From: a virus
Taxonomy: Duplodnaviria > Caudoviricetes
Length of the DNA: 41,937 nucleotides
Direction: 5' to 3' (one strand)
IMG/VR virus record: IMGVR_UViG_3300036797_000056
Location: 1 to 41,937 of that record
The translations under genes were made by a program, and so were the position numbers. Position 1 is the first letter of the stretch. Every line of letters starts with the position of its first letter. Below the pieces are notes generated by a model, which saw only the letters and a list, made by a program, of their open reading frames with translations, was not told where the DNA came from and made no database searches. Below are positions 26,122 to 35,258 of this stretch, piece after piece.

Positions 26122-26599
26122 TGTGACGTACACAAATTACGACAACGAAGAGGTCACCGAGGAACTCTGCTTCCACCTCTCCAAGGCAGAGCTGATTCAG
26201 ATGGAGGTCGAGATCCCTGAGGGAATCGAGGCACATCTGAAGAAGGTGGCAGAGTCAAGCGATGGTAAGCTGATCATCGCCACCATGAAGGATCTGATCC
26301 TTCGGTCTTACGGGATCCGTGACGGCAACCGGTTCCGCAAGAACGCAGCCATCCGCGAGGAATTCGAGGCTTCTGAGGCGTTCAGCGAGCTGTTTATGGA
26401 GCTGGCCACGAAGGCCGACGTGGCTGCCGAGTTCGTCGTGGGGATCATGCCCGCGAACCTGGATGCGGACATCGCTAAGATCACGCAGACAGAAGAGACC
26501 CCAACGATGCCTCGGTCCATGTCTCGTGTAGAAGCTGAATCGCTTTCTCACGAGGAACTAGTCAGGCGGCTTCAACTGGGGTTCATAGTCACAGACTAG
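26108..26599 (+). CDS. Conserved phage hypothetical protein
   Basis: AAAGGA RBS, ATG 26108; MLKRSVTYTNY..E.TEE..FHLSKAEL, SEAFSELFMEL. Confidence 0.75.
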   Translation: MLKRSVTYTNYDNEEVTEELCFHLSKAELIQMEVEIPEGIEAHLKKVAESSDGKLIIATMKDLILRSYGIRDGNRFRKNAAIREEFEASEAFSELFMELATKADVAAEFVVGIMPANLDADIAKITQTEETPTMPRSMSRVEAESLSHEELVRRLQLGFIVTD

Positions 26600-26628
26600 T
26601 CGCGAGAAAAACAGGGCTAATAATGAGA
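26600..26628 (+). promoter_or_regulatory. Repeated 29-bp motif, copy 5
   Basis: TCGC-GAGAA-AAA-CA-GGGCT-AATAAT-GAGA; one mismatch to copy 2; begins on the base after the upstream TAG. Confidence 0.85.
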
Positions 26629-26648
26629 CCCCACTAAAGGAGATTGTT

Positions 26649-26894
26649 ATGCCCAAACTGCACTACATCAAGCTCGCCGCACAATTCGTTGTTGGCGCCA
26701 GCGTTTCCAAAGTGATCAACGATGTCATCACCAATAACACCGCACCAGACACGACCCTCGACCAGATCGAGATCGCCGTCGGTTCGACTGCACTTGGTTG
26801 GATGGTGTCGGATATCGCTAAGGAATGGACTGACGCCAAGATTGATTGGGCCGCAGAGACGATCGAGCAGATCAAGACAAGCAGCACCAATTAG
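26649..26894 (+). CDS. Small hypothetical protein (cassette gene)
   Basis: AAGGAG RBS; lies between motif copy 5 and a terminator. Confidence 0.75.
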   Translation: MPKLHYIKLAAQFVVGASVSKVINDVITNNTAPDTTLDQIEIAVGSTALGWMVSDIAKEWTDAKIDWAAETIEQIKTSSTN

Positions 26895-26902
26895 TAAGTC
26901 AA

Positions 26903-26936
26903 AAGACTAAAGACCCTAACACGGCCTTTAGTTTTT
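26903..26936 (+). terminator. Intrinsic terminator with TAACA loop
   Basis: AAGACTAAAG-a-CC-ctaacac-GG-c-CTTTAGTTTTT. Confidence 0.7.
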
Positions 26937-26950
26937 GCAACGGAGAAACT

Positions 26951-27571
26951 ATGGAGCAATTTCCGCCTAACAGTGTGAAGTCAAAGCAGCCGGAACCGGA
27001 AGAGAAGAAGATCGAGCGTGTCACCAAGAGTGACCCAACTCGTCGCAAGAAGGGTCTGGCCAAGCAGTTCCAGAACACATTCTTCGGCGGTGATCTCAAG
27101 TCGGCTTCGCAGTACGTTCTATTTGGCGTGCTGATTCCGGCAGCAAAAGATGCTCTCGTCGAGGCTGGTTCTGCGGGCTTTGAGAAGCTCATATTCGGCG
27201 AAAGCAAGCGTCGTGGTAGTAGAGGTATGGGCTCAGCGTTGGGGCATGTTGCCTACAACCGTATGAGCCAACAGCCAGTGAAGGCGATGCAGTATCAAGA
27301 CCTTTCACGGCGTGCCCGAGTGATGCACGATTTCGATGAGATCGTGTTGGACTCTCGGCAGGAGGCTGAGGATGTTCTGGATCGGCTTTACGATCTGCTC
27401 AGCCGCTATGAAGAAGTGACAGTGTCAGATCTGTACGAGCTGACCGGTATCAAATCTACTCACGTGGACAAGCAGTGGGGATGGACAAACCTCAAGGGAT
27501 CCAGCGTAAGCCGGGTCAGAGGTGGATATTTGCTTGACCTCCCCGAACCGACCCATCTCGTAGCTCTCTAG
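26951..27571 (+). CDS. Conserved phage hypothetical protein
   Basis: GGAG RBS, ATG 26951; FPPNS..SK, VLIPAAKD, VSDLYELTG...D..WGW. Confidence 0.75.
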   Translation: MEQFPPNSVKSKQPEPEEKKIERVTKSDPTRRKKGLAKQFQNTFFGGDLKSASQYVLFGVLIPAAKDALVEAGSAGFEKLIFGESKRRGSRGMGSALGHVAYNRMSQQPVKAMQYQDLSRRARVMHDFDEIVLDSRQEAEDVLDRLYDLLSRYEEVTVSDLYELTGIKSTHVDKQWGWTNLKGSSVSRVRGGYLLDLPEPTHLVAL

Positions 27572-27574
27572 ATC

Positions 27575-27928
27575 ATGGACGACGATCTGAAAGCACGAGC
27601 ATATGTTGAGGCGATGTATCCTGGCTCTCGTTGGAGCCGTCGGGTTCGCCGTATGACTAGTGAGCAGGTCGTCGCCATATTTCTAAAAGAACAAAAAAAG
27701 AAGGAAGATCATGAGTCTAATCCCAAAGAGCTTGGGGCTTGCAATGAGCCGCCAACTGCTCTCAGTACAGAAGAGTTCACCCAACCTGCTCTTTGGGGCG
27801 GGGGTTGTCGGGATGGTGGGGTCGACAGTTCTCGCGTGCCGAGCGACCCTGAAGGTGGAGGAAGTTCTGGAGGAGTCGCAGGAGCGGATGGAGCTGGCGA
27901 CGAAGACCGAGCATCCAGATTATTCTGA
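27575..27928 (+). CDS. Small hypothetical protein; true end uncertain (see frameshift finding)
   Basis: First ~45 aa look protein-like (YPGSRW..RV..M..EQV.AI); the rest overlaps the next gene by 218 nt. Confidence 0.5.
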   Translation: MDDDLKARAYVEAMYPGSRWSRRVRRMTSEQVVAIFLKEQKKKEDHESNPKELGACNEPPTALSTEEFTQPALWGGGCRDGGVDSSRVPSDPEGGGSSGGVAGADGAGDEDRASRLF

Positions 27929-28622
27929 GGCTGACCGGGTTCGCGACATCCGCATCATCAAGGTGCAGACTGTCATACATTTGGGACGGCTTTATCTGCC
28001 TGCAGTTGCAGTTGGAGCCCTGTCGGTGGCAGCGCTGACCAAGTCGCACAATATTCTCAACGAGAGGAATGCTGCTCTCACAGCTGCATATGCAGCAATT
28101 GAGAAAAGCTTCAGTGAGTATCGCAACCGCGTTGTCGAGAAGTATGGCTATGACGCGGATCAGCACATGCGGTACGGCAGCGAGAAAGGTGAGATCGTTG
28201 ACCCAGATACTGGTCGTACGCGGAAGGTTGATCACGTTGCCGACGAGGAGCCGTCGCAGTACGCGCGGTTCTTCGATGCCACGTGTCAAAACTGGAGCAA
28301 AGAAGCTGAGTACAACAGGATCTTCCTCAAGTGCCAGCAGAACTACGCGAATGATCTGCTTCACGCTCGTGGCCATGTCTTCCTCAATGAGGTATACGAC
28401 ATGCTCGGACTCGAGCGTTCAAAAGCAGGCTCTGTTGTCGGATGGGTCCTAAGCAACAAAGGGGACAACTTCGTGGACTTCGGTGTGTTCACCGGTCAGG
28501 ATGCTGTCCGAGATTTCGTCAACGGCAAGGAAGCGTCCATTCTCCTCGACTTCAACGTCGATGGTCTCATCTACGACAAGATCGAAAGTGTAGGTGAGCG
28601 GCTGTCATGGCAGAAAGGGTGA
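27711..28622 (+). CDS. DUF6353-like conserved phage protein, paralog 2
   Basis: SPNLLFGAGVVGMVGSTVLACRAT, LYLPAVAVG, RNAALTAAY, FLNEVYDMLG. Confidence 0.75.
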   Translation: MSLIPKSLGLAMSRQLLSVQKSSPNLLFGAGVVGMVGSTVLACRATLKVEEVLEESQERMELATKTEHPDYSEADRVRDIRIIKVQTVIHLGRLYLPAVAVGALSVAALTKSHNILNERNAALTAAYAAIEKSFSEYRNRVVEKYGYDADQHMRYGSEKGEIVDPDTGRTRKVDHVADEEPSQYARFFDATCQNWSKEAEYNRIFLKCQQNYANDLLHARGHVFLNEVYDMLGLERSKAGSVVGWVLSNKGDNFVDFGVFTGQDAVRDFVNGKEASILLDFNVDGLIYDKIESVGERLSWQKG

Positions 28623-29338
28623 CAACTCGGGAAGGGCAATTCTTGCTTGGTGGCCTGCTCCTTGGTCTGAATATCGGCTTCTTTGTGGGCTTGAAGAGGG
28701 GTGAGGCCAGGGTTGCAACAAAGTATGACAAGCTGGCAGAAGAGCTTCGCGAGAAGCATGTCGAGGATTTGGCTAAGACTCGAGGAGCTTATGAGCGGGC
28801 TCGTCAGAACTGGGAGAAGCCTGAACTCAAGGAGGTAGTCGAGAATCTCGGTTACACCCCTGAGGAGAAGGCAGCAATTGCTGAGGTAGTCGCGGAGGAA
28901 GAGGCAGAGCAGTCTGTCAATGTCTTCGAGACCACCATCATCGAGGGCTGGGATTACGAGGCCGAGATGGAGTCGCGTTCTAGTCTGGATGAAGGCGCGC
29001 CATACATCATTCACAAGGACGAGTTCTTCCAAAAGGATGATGAGTTCGAGGACTATGAGGATACGACAATCACATATTACGCCGGAGACGACGTACTTTG
29101 TGACGAGCGAGATGAAGTGTTGGAGCCTCGCGATCATATCGTCGGATCTGAGAATCTCAAGATGTTCGGAACAGGACACGGATCCGGAGACCCTAACGTT
29201 CTCTATATCCGTAACCCACGAACTAGTTGCGACTTTGAAGTCGTGATGAACGACGGAAAGTACTCCGTCGATGTTGCTGGGTTCCTCGAGCATTCGTTCG
29301 AGCGCAACCGCAGACGTCAGCGCTTCGATGACGAATGA
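28607..29338 (+). CDS. Acidic protein with N-terminal TM helix
   Basis: FLLGGLLLGLNIGFFVG; PYIIH.DEF, TYYAGDDVLCD, YIRN. Confidence 0.7.
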   Translation: MAERVTTREGQFLLGGLLLGLNIGFFVGLKRGEARVATKYDKLAEELREKHVEDLAKTRGAYERARQNWEKPELKEVVENLGYTPEEKAAIAEVVAEEEAEQSVNVFETTIIEGWDYEAEMESRSSLDEGAPYIIHKDEFFQKDDEFEDYEDTTITYYAGDDVLCDERDEVLEPRDHIVGSENLKMFGTGHGSGDPNVLYIRNPRTSCDFEVVMNDGKYSVDVAGFLEHSFERNRRRQRFDDE

Positions 29339-29837
29339 AGACGCCAATAAGTCATATCTTGAGTGGCTGATTCAGCAGACAGAATACCCAGACGAATTTC
29401 ATCACTTACTGGAACTGATCCACAAGTATGAGTTCGTCTGGGTCGTGGCAAACGATGACAATCGTATTGCCGATGCGCAGGACCTAAGGCAGGAGTGGTC
29501 AGCAGAAACGAACATAACTGTTCTAGATCTGTGGCCGTATATTTCTGTGCTTGAAGTTCTGATCGCGTTGTCCCGTCGCTGTGAGTTCCAGACGGGACAA
29601 TCATCTCAAGAGTGGATGACCATATTTCTCAACAACCTAGGCTTCGGCCGGTTCAGGGGATTTCTGGGCATCAAACGACAGAACCGAGTTGAGGAGATAA
29701 TCGACGATTTCATCTGGCGTCGTTACACACACCATGGTGAAGGTGGGTTATTTCCTCTGCAATACCCGAAGCAAGATCAAACCCAAGTCGAGTTGTGGTA
29801 TCAGATGCATGCCTACTTGATTGAGAACAGTAGATAG
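29328..29837 (+). CDS. Conserved phage hypothetical protein
   Basis: ATG 29328; YLEWL, NDDNRIAD..DLR, SVLEVLIAL, GGLFPL, ELWYQM. Confidence 0.75.
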   Translation: MTNEDANKSYLEWLIQQTEYPDEFHHLLELIHKYEFVWVVANDDNRIADAQDLRQEWSAETNITVLDLWPYISVLEVLIALSRRCEFQTGQSSQEWMTIFLNNLGFGRFRGFLGIKRQNRVEEIIDDFIWRRYTHHGEGGLFPLQYPKQDQTQVELWYQMHAYLIENSR

Positions 29838-29846
29838 GAGGTGACA

Positions 29847-32800
29847 ATGGATTTCTATCAGATCCGTAGTAAAGAGACGAAGGAAGGCATGGAGTTATAT
29901 CCTGACTTCATCGTTGGTAGGTCTAAGGATCTGATGATCCAAGGTCGTTCTTTCTACGCTGTTTGGGATGAGGCCAATCATATTTGGTCTCGTGATGAGT
30001 ACGACGTGCAGCGTCTTGTGGATGAGGATCTGAATCGCGAAGCAGATCAGCTGTTCCGTGAGACTGGTGTGTCGTACACAGTCAAGTCCATGCGTTCGTT
30101 CAACAGTACGACTTGGGTGCAGTTCAAAAAGTACATGGCAGCCATTGGTGACAACAGCCACCAGTTGGATACCAAACTCATATTTGCAAACACCGAAATT
30201 AAGAAGACGGACTATGCCAGCAAAAGACTACCGTACGCTCTTGGCCCTGGTTCTATCGAGGCTTGGTCTGAGTTGGTCGGAACTCTCTACTCAGTCGAAG
30301 AACGCAATAAGATTGAGTGGGCCATCGGCGCTATTGTTTCGGGTGAGGCTAAGAAGATACAGAAATTTGTGGTTTTTTATGGTTCGGCTGGGACAGGAAA
30401 GTCCACGATTCTTAATATTGTGGCCTCACTCTTTGAAGGATACACCGCAACATTTGACGGAAAAGCACTTGGATCGTCGAATGCTGCGTTCGCGACTGAG
30501 GTATTCAAGAACAATCCACTTGTTGCCATCCAACACGACGGCGATCTTTCACGAATTGAGGATAACACCCGACTGAACAGCATCATCTCCCACGAGGAGA
30601 TAGTGATGAACGAGAAGTACAAGGCATCATATCCTTCTCGTATCAACGCGATGTTGTTCATCGGTTCCAACCAGCCAGTAAAGATCTCTGACGCCAAGTC
30701 AGGAATGTTGCGGCGGTTGATTGATATTCATCCGACAGGTATCAAGATTCCGCCAAAGCATTACGAACAGTTGATGCAACAGATCAGCTTTGAGCTAGGC
30801 GCTATAGCTCATCACTGTCTGGAAGTGTTTCAGTCGATGGGCAAGAACCACTACAACGCCTATCGACCAACTGAGATGATGTTGCAGACGGATGTGTTCT
30901 TCAACTTTGTTGAGGCCAACTACGACATCTTCAAGTCTCAAGAGGCTATGCCTTTGACACAGGCATATTCTCTGTATAAGGAGTTCTGTGCTGACACTGG
31001 TATCGAGCGCCCGTTACCTCAATACAAAATGCGTGAAGAGCTACGCAACTATTTCAAGGAGTTCAAAGATCGTGGTGAGGTTGATGGTAAAACTATGCGC
31101 AGTGTGTATTACGGCTTCACTGCTGAGAAGTTCAAAACTCAGACTGAAGATCCAGGCGTATTCACGCTATCATTGGGAGAGACGACATCTCTACTGGATC
31201 AACTGTTGTCTGACTGTCCAGCACAGCAGGCTAAAGCTGATGGTACTCCGAGCAAAGCTTGGAAGAATGTAACTACCAAGCTCTCAGACATCAAGACATC
31301 AGAATTACACTATGTTCAGGTGCCTGAGAACCATATTGTCATTGACTTTGATCTGAAAGCAATCAATGGACACTCAGGACTCGAGCGAAATCTCGAAGCA
31401 GCTAGCAGCTGGCCGCCAACGTATGCAGAGGTGTCTCAATCCGGAGACGGACTTCACCTCCATTACGAGTATCTTGGAGACGCATCCAGACTACACAACC
31501 TCTTTGCCGAGGGCATTGAAGTCAAGGTCTATTCTGGATCAGCGGCTCTCAGACGGAAGCTCACTGCTTGTAATGCTGTACCGATTGCTGAGATAAGTAG
31601 CGGGCTTCCGCTCAAGGAGGAGAAGAAAGTTCTAACCGAAAAAGCTATCACCTCTGAGAGAGGGTTGCGGCGCATGATCGAACGCAATCTGAAAAAGGAA
31701 ATCCACGCAGGTACCAAACCGAGCGTCGACTTCATCCATAAGGTACTCGAAGAAGCATACGAGTCCGGGATGGAGTACGACGTGTCGGACATGCGAACGA
31801 AGATTCTCGCGTTCGCCAACAACAGCAGTAATCAGGCTGGGACCGCACTGAAGACTGTTCAATCAATGAAGTTCAGTTCGGAGAGAGAGCATGTTTCGGT
31901 TGATCGAGAAGGCGACGAGAGACTTGTGTTCTTTGATGTGGAGGTTTACAAAAATCTCTTCGTTGTCTGCTGGAAGTACCAAGGAAGTGACGAAGTCGTC
32001 CGAATGGTCAATCCATCAGCCGCCGACGTTACTGATCTCTTTCGACTTAGACTTGTGGGGTTTTATTGCAGAAGATATGACAACCATATTCTGTATGCAG
32101 CAAGTCTTGGCTGGGGAGTGGAGCGTCTGTATGAACTGAGCCAGAAGATGATCGTGGATAGTAATCGTAATGCCACGTTCGCTGCGGCTTACAACATATC
32201 TTACGCTGACATCTGGGACTTCAGCACCAAACGCCAGGGTCTGAAGAAGTTCGAGATTGATCTTGGTCTACCCCACATGGAACTGGATCTACCGTGGGAC
32301 CAGCCGGTGGATCCGAAGGATTGGGACCGTGTGGTTGAGTACTGCGTCAATGACGTAAAGGCCACTGAGGCGGTATTCGAAGATCGCAAGGGAGATTTTA
32401 CCGCGAGGCAAATTTTGGCCGAACTTTCCGGTTTGTCCATTAATGACACAACGCAGCGTCACACAGCGAAAATCCTGTTTGGCGATGAGAAAAATCCCCA
32501 GCGGGAATTTGTGTATACGGATCTAAGTAAGGAGTTTCCTGGTTATGAGTTCTCGTACGGAAAATCAACGTACCGCGGCGAAGATCCAGGAGAAGGCGGA
32601 TACGTGTATGCAGAACCAGGAATGTATACAAATGTTGGTGTGCTCGACGTTGCGTCGATGCATCCGGCAACGATCGAAGTTCTCAACCTCTTTGGTCCAT
32701 ACACCCAAAAATACGCAGAGCTGAAAGCTGCTCGTATCGCGATCAAGCGACAGGAGTACGCTAAAGCTCGAGAGATGTTCGATGGGCGACTTGCTCCATT

Positions 32801-33596
32801 TCTTGAAGGAGCTGAAGATCACAAGGTTGACGAGCATGGTAGTGAGTTGGCGTTCGCTTTGCGGATTGCTCTCAACATTGTGTACGGCCTTACCAGCGCA
32901 AAATTTGATAACCCGTTTCGGGATATTCGCAATGTCGACAACATCGTGGCCAAGCGTGGCGCGTTGTTCATGATTGACTTGAAGCACCAGCTCCAGAAGG
33001 GTGGGGCCCAGGTTGTACACATCAAAACCGATTCGGTAAAGATTCCAGATGTCGATGATACTCTGATCGAGTTTGTCAAGACATACGGTGAGAAGTACGG
33101 GTACGAGTTTGAGCATGAGGCAACTTATGACAAGTTCGTTCTCGTGAACGATGCAGTATATGTGGCTCGGAAGGGAGATCAGTACACATGTATTGGTGCG
33201 CAATTCGCTCATCCGTACGTGTACAAGGAACTGTTCTCACACGAGCTTATTCAATTCAGCGACTATTGTGAGGCCAAAAGTGTCAACCAAGGTGTCATAT
33301 ATCTCGACATCGAAGGACGAGACGGGACATCCGAAGAGCGTGACCATCGAAAAATGCGTCATGTGGGTAAGACCGGTTCGTTTGTTCCGGTTCTTGAGGG
33401 TGGAGGGGTTCTATATCGGGTTAAGGACGACAAGTACTACGCAGTGGCCGGTACCAAGGGTCATCTGTGGATGGAATCCCATCTCGCGTCTCAAGTGAAG
33501 GACCTGAAGATTGACATGGCATATTTCGAGAAGCTCAAAGATGATGCCATTAAGACCATCGAGAAATTCGGAAGCTTTGAGGAGTTTGTTGCATGA
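29847..33596 (+). CDS. Fused helicase (SF3/D5-like), AEP primase, 3'-5' exonuclease and family B DNA polymerase
   Basis: GSAGTGKS; VIDFD and SQSGDGLHLHY; FFDVE, YDNHIL, YCVND; DVASMHP, RIALNIVYG, KTDS; AGGAGG RBS before ATG 29847. Confidence 0.88.
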   Translation: MDFYQIRSKETKEGMELYPDFIVGRSKDLMIQGRSFYAVWDEANHIWSRDEYDVQRLVDEDLNREADQLFRETGVSYTVKSMRSFNSTTWVQFKKYMAAIGDNSHQLDTKLIFANTEIKKTDYASKRLPYALGPGSIEAWSELVGTLYSVEERNKIEWAIGAIVSGEAKKIQKFVVFYGSAGTGKSTILNIVASLFEGYTATFDGKALGSSNAAFATEVFKNNPLVAIQHDGDLSRIEDNTRLNSIISHEEIVMNEKYKASYPSRINAMLFIGSNQPVKISDAKSGMLRRLIDIHPTGIKIPPKHYEQLMQQISFELGAIAHHCLEVFQSMGKNHYNAYRPTEMMLQTDVFFNFVEANYDIFKSQEAMPLTQAYSLYKEFCADTGIERPLPQYKMREELRNYFKEFKDRGEVDGKTMRSVYYGFTAEKFKTQTEDPGVFTLSLGETTSLLDQLLSDCPAQQAKADGTPSKAWKNVTTKLSDIKTSELHYVQVPENHIVIDFDLKAINGHSGLERNLEAASSWPPTYAEVSQSGDGLHLHYEYLGDASRLHNLFAEGIEVKVYSGSAALRRKLTACNAVPIAEISSGLPLKEEKKVLTEKAITSERGLRRMIERNLKKEIHAGTKPSVDFIHKVLEEAYESGMEYDVSDMRTKILAFANNSSNQAGTALKTVQSMKFSSEREHVSVDREGDERLVFFDVEVYKNLFVVCWKYQGSDEVVRMVNPSAADVTDLFRLRLVGFYCRRYDNHILYAASLGWGVERLYELSQKMIVDSNRNATFAAAYNISYADIWDFSTKRQGLKKFEIDLGLPHMELDLPWDQPVDPKDWDRVVEYCVNDVKATEAVFEDRKGDFTARQILAELSGLSINDTTQRHTAKILFGDEKNPQREFVYTDLSKEFPGYEFSYGKSTYRGEDPGEGGYVYAEPGMYTNVGVLDVASMHPATIEVLNLFGPYTQKYAELKAARIAIKRQEYAKAREMFDGRLAPFLEGAEDHKVDEHGSELAFALRIALNIVYGLTSAKFDNPFRDIRNVDNIVAKRGALFMIDLKHQLQKGGAQVVHIKTDSVKIPDVDDTLIEFVKTYGEKYGYEFEHEATYDKFVLVNDAVYVARKGDQYTCIGAQFAHPYVYKELFSHELIQFSDYCEAKSVNQGVIYLDIEGRDGTSEERDHRKMRHVGKTGSFVPVLEGGGVLYRVKDDKYYAVAGTKGHLWMESHLASQVKDLKIDMAYFEKLKDDAIKTIEKFGSFEEFVA

Positions 33597-33922
33597 GCGA
33601 TGAAAAAGCTGATTTCAGCAACGAGGGTTCGGGCATGACGATGATGTCGGAGAAGCGTCCTCGTGGGAGTGACCACATGATGGACCAGGCGAAGCGGGTG
33701 ATCGTGCAGTACTTCAATCGCAATGCTGTGTCTCGTACAGACACCAAGTTGTTCGTTGAGGATCTGTACATCGTCTGGTTCTGCAAGACGCTGCAGAACT
33801 GGAAGGCGCTGGTCAGCACCGACCGCGTCGATGGGCATTACTTCGAGGTGACGTATGACGGTGACAGCAAGTGCTGCTACCTCGACGTCTACGTCAAGGC
33901 GGAGAATCTCAGAGTCAACTAA
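33593..33922 (+). CDS. DUF6275-like protein
   Basis: YIVWFCKTLQNWKALVST...YFEVTYDGD...YLDVY. Confidence 0.7.
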   Translation: MSDEKADFSNEGSGMTMMSEKRPRGSDHMMDQAKRVIVQYFNRNAVSRTDTKLFVEDLYIVWFCKTLQNWKALVSTDRVDGHYFEVTYDGDSKCCYLDVYVKAENLRVN

Positions 33923-34089
33923 TGGGGATCGAAGGTATTGACCAGCTGATCCGGGGCTTTGAAGAGGATCGGCATATTTTCATCGATTTCCCAGTAGGTA
34001 GCAATCTGCACGGTCGATCGTGCGTAAGGTGTGGGAGAGTACGAAACGATCCCATTCATATTCAAGATGAGGAGCAGAAAGATGGCTGA
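33922..34089 (+). CDS. Small putative Zn-binding protein
   Basis: TAATG coupling; H-x-F...CVRCG...PIH. Confidence 0.55.
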   Translation: MGIEGIDQLIRGFEEDRHIFIDFPVGSNLHGRSCVRCGRVRNDPIHIQDEEQKDG

Positions 34090-34546
34090 AGATAACACGG
34101 TGTTGATGGAGGGCGTGAAGATCGTCTTCCGCAACTTCGCAGGTAAGGAGCAGCAGTACAACCGAGAGGGCGATCGTAACTTCTCGGTGCTGCTCAACGA
34201 CGATGTGGCTGAGGCCATGCTGGCCGACGGCTGGAACGTCAAGTACCTCAAGCCTCGTGAGGATGACGAGGATGAAACGGCGCAGGCATATTTGCAGGTG
34301 TCGGTCGGATACAAGGGTCGTCCACCCAAGGTCGCGGTGATCACCTCGAGGGGTCGCACGAACCTGGGTGAAGATGAGGTCGAGATGTTGGACTGGGCTG
34401 ACATCCAGAACGCGGATCTCATCGTCAGGCCCTACGAGTGGTCGGTCAACGGCAAGACCGGCATCAAGGCATATCTCAAGTCGCTGTTCGTCACGATCGA
34501 CGAGGACGAGCTGGAGAAGAAGTATGCAGATCTGGACGAGCAGTGA
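34082..34546 (+). CDS. Single-stranded DNA binding protein (putative)
   Basis: FRNFAG...YNREGDRNF, GIKAYLKSLFV, acidic C-terminal tail; replication module; GAGGAG RBS. Confidence 0.7.
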   Translation: MAEDNTVLMEGVKIVFRNFAGKEQQYNREGDRNFSVLLNDDVAEAMLADGWNVKYLKPREDDEDETAQAYLQVSVGYKGRPPKVAVITSRGRTNLGEDEVEMLDWADIQNADLIVRPYEWSVNGKTGIKAYLKSLFVTIDEDELEKKYADLDEQ

Positions 34547-34758
34547 TCGATTCTACTCAGGTCATAGACCTCGGTAACTCGATGTTCTGTGATATCGAGG
34601 AGAAGGTGATCAACTGGAAAGGTGACAACTTCTACAAAGCTTGTGGACAGCACGTTGGAAGTCTGCCTGGGGGCGGTACTTCTAGCTGTGTTCTACCCAT
34701 TGGTCATAAGTATGGAGACCATATTGATTATGACGGACGAAGCACGGTCGTTAGATGA
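34543..34758 (+). CDS. Small Cys/His protein
   Basis: GTGA overlap; CG...CVLPIGHKYGDH. Confidence 0.55.
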   Translation: MIDSTQVIDLGNSMFCDIEEKVINWKGDNFYKACGQHVGSLPGGGTSSCVLPIGHKYGDHIDYDGRSTVVR

Positions 34759-34880
34759 CGATTAGTGGTCTTGTCATATGCATCATCCTCGTTGGCTTCG
34801 GGTACGTGCTCGGACGGGTGGCCGGTCCGTTCGGGCAGTTCGACGTTGACGAGGATGACGAAGAGCAGTATCGCAACTAA
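34755..34880 (+). CDS. 41 aa membrane peptide (not in ORF track)
   Basis: MTISGLVICIILVGFGYVLGRVAGPFGQFDVDEDDEEQYRN; ATGA overlap. Confidence 0.6.
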   Translation: MTISGLVICIILVGFGYVLGRVAGPFGQFDVDEDDEEQYRN

Positions 34881-34912
34881 GTAAACCACCACGTTCAAGT
34901 TAGGAATTACGA

Positions 34913-35236
34913 ATGGAAATCCAGAAGTTTCAGAAGAAGCCGCTGATCGTCGAGGCGGTCAAGGTGTCAGCGTCCAACTTCAACGAGGTGGCCGGTTGGT
35001 GTCAGGGCACTGTCGAGCAGGAGGATGGGAGTGAGTTCATCAAGGTGCATGTGCTCAACCCCATGAATGAACGCCAGACTAGAGCCTTTGTAGGCGACTG
35101 GATTCTCTACGCAGGTAGGGGATTCAAGGTCTACAAGGACAAGGCGTTCACGTCCTCGTTCGACCCGCTACAGGGCGTAGCCCTGGATAAGGCGAACCAA
35201 GCTGCGAAGCCGCAGCCGGAAGTGCCTGTCAGTTAA
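34913..35236 (+). CDS. Conserved phage hypothetical protein
   Basis: KKP..VEAV.V...N..EVA.WC.G, AFVGDWIL. Confidence 0.7.
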   Translation: MEIQKFQKKPLIVEAVKVSASNFNEVAGWCQGTVEQEDGSEFIKVHVLNPMNERQTRAFVGDWILYAGRGFKVYKDKAFTSSFDPLQGVALDKANQAAKPQPEVPVS

Positions 35237-35258
35237 CACACCAATCAAAGGAGTACAA

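Noticed and set aside
23592-26628. Repeated 29-mers as a CRISPR array, with the Cas4-like gene at 38206
   Set aside because: Copies are degenerate and non-palindromic, irregularly spaced by 300-2000 nt and separated by genes; the nuclease is a common stand-alone phage PD-(D/E)xK protein
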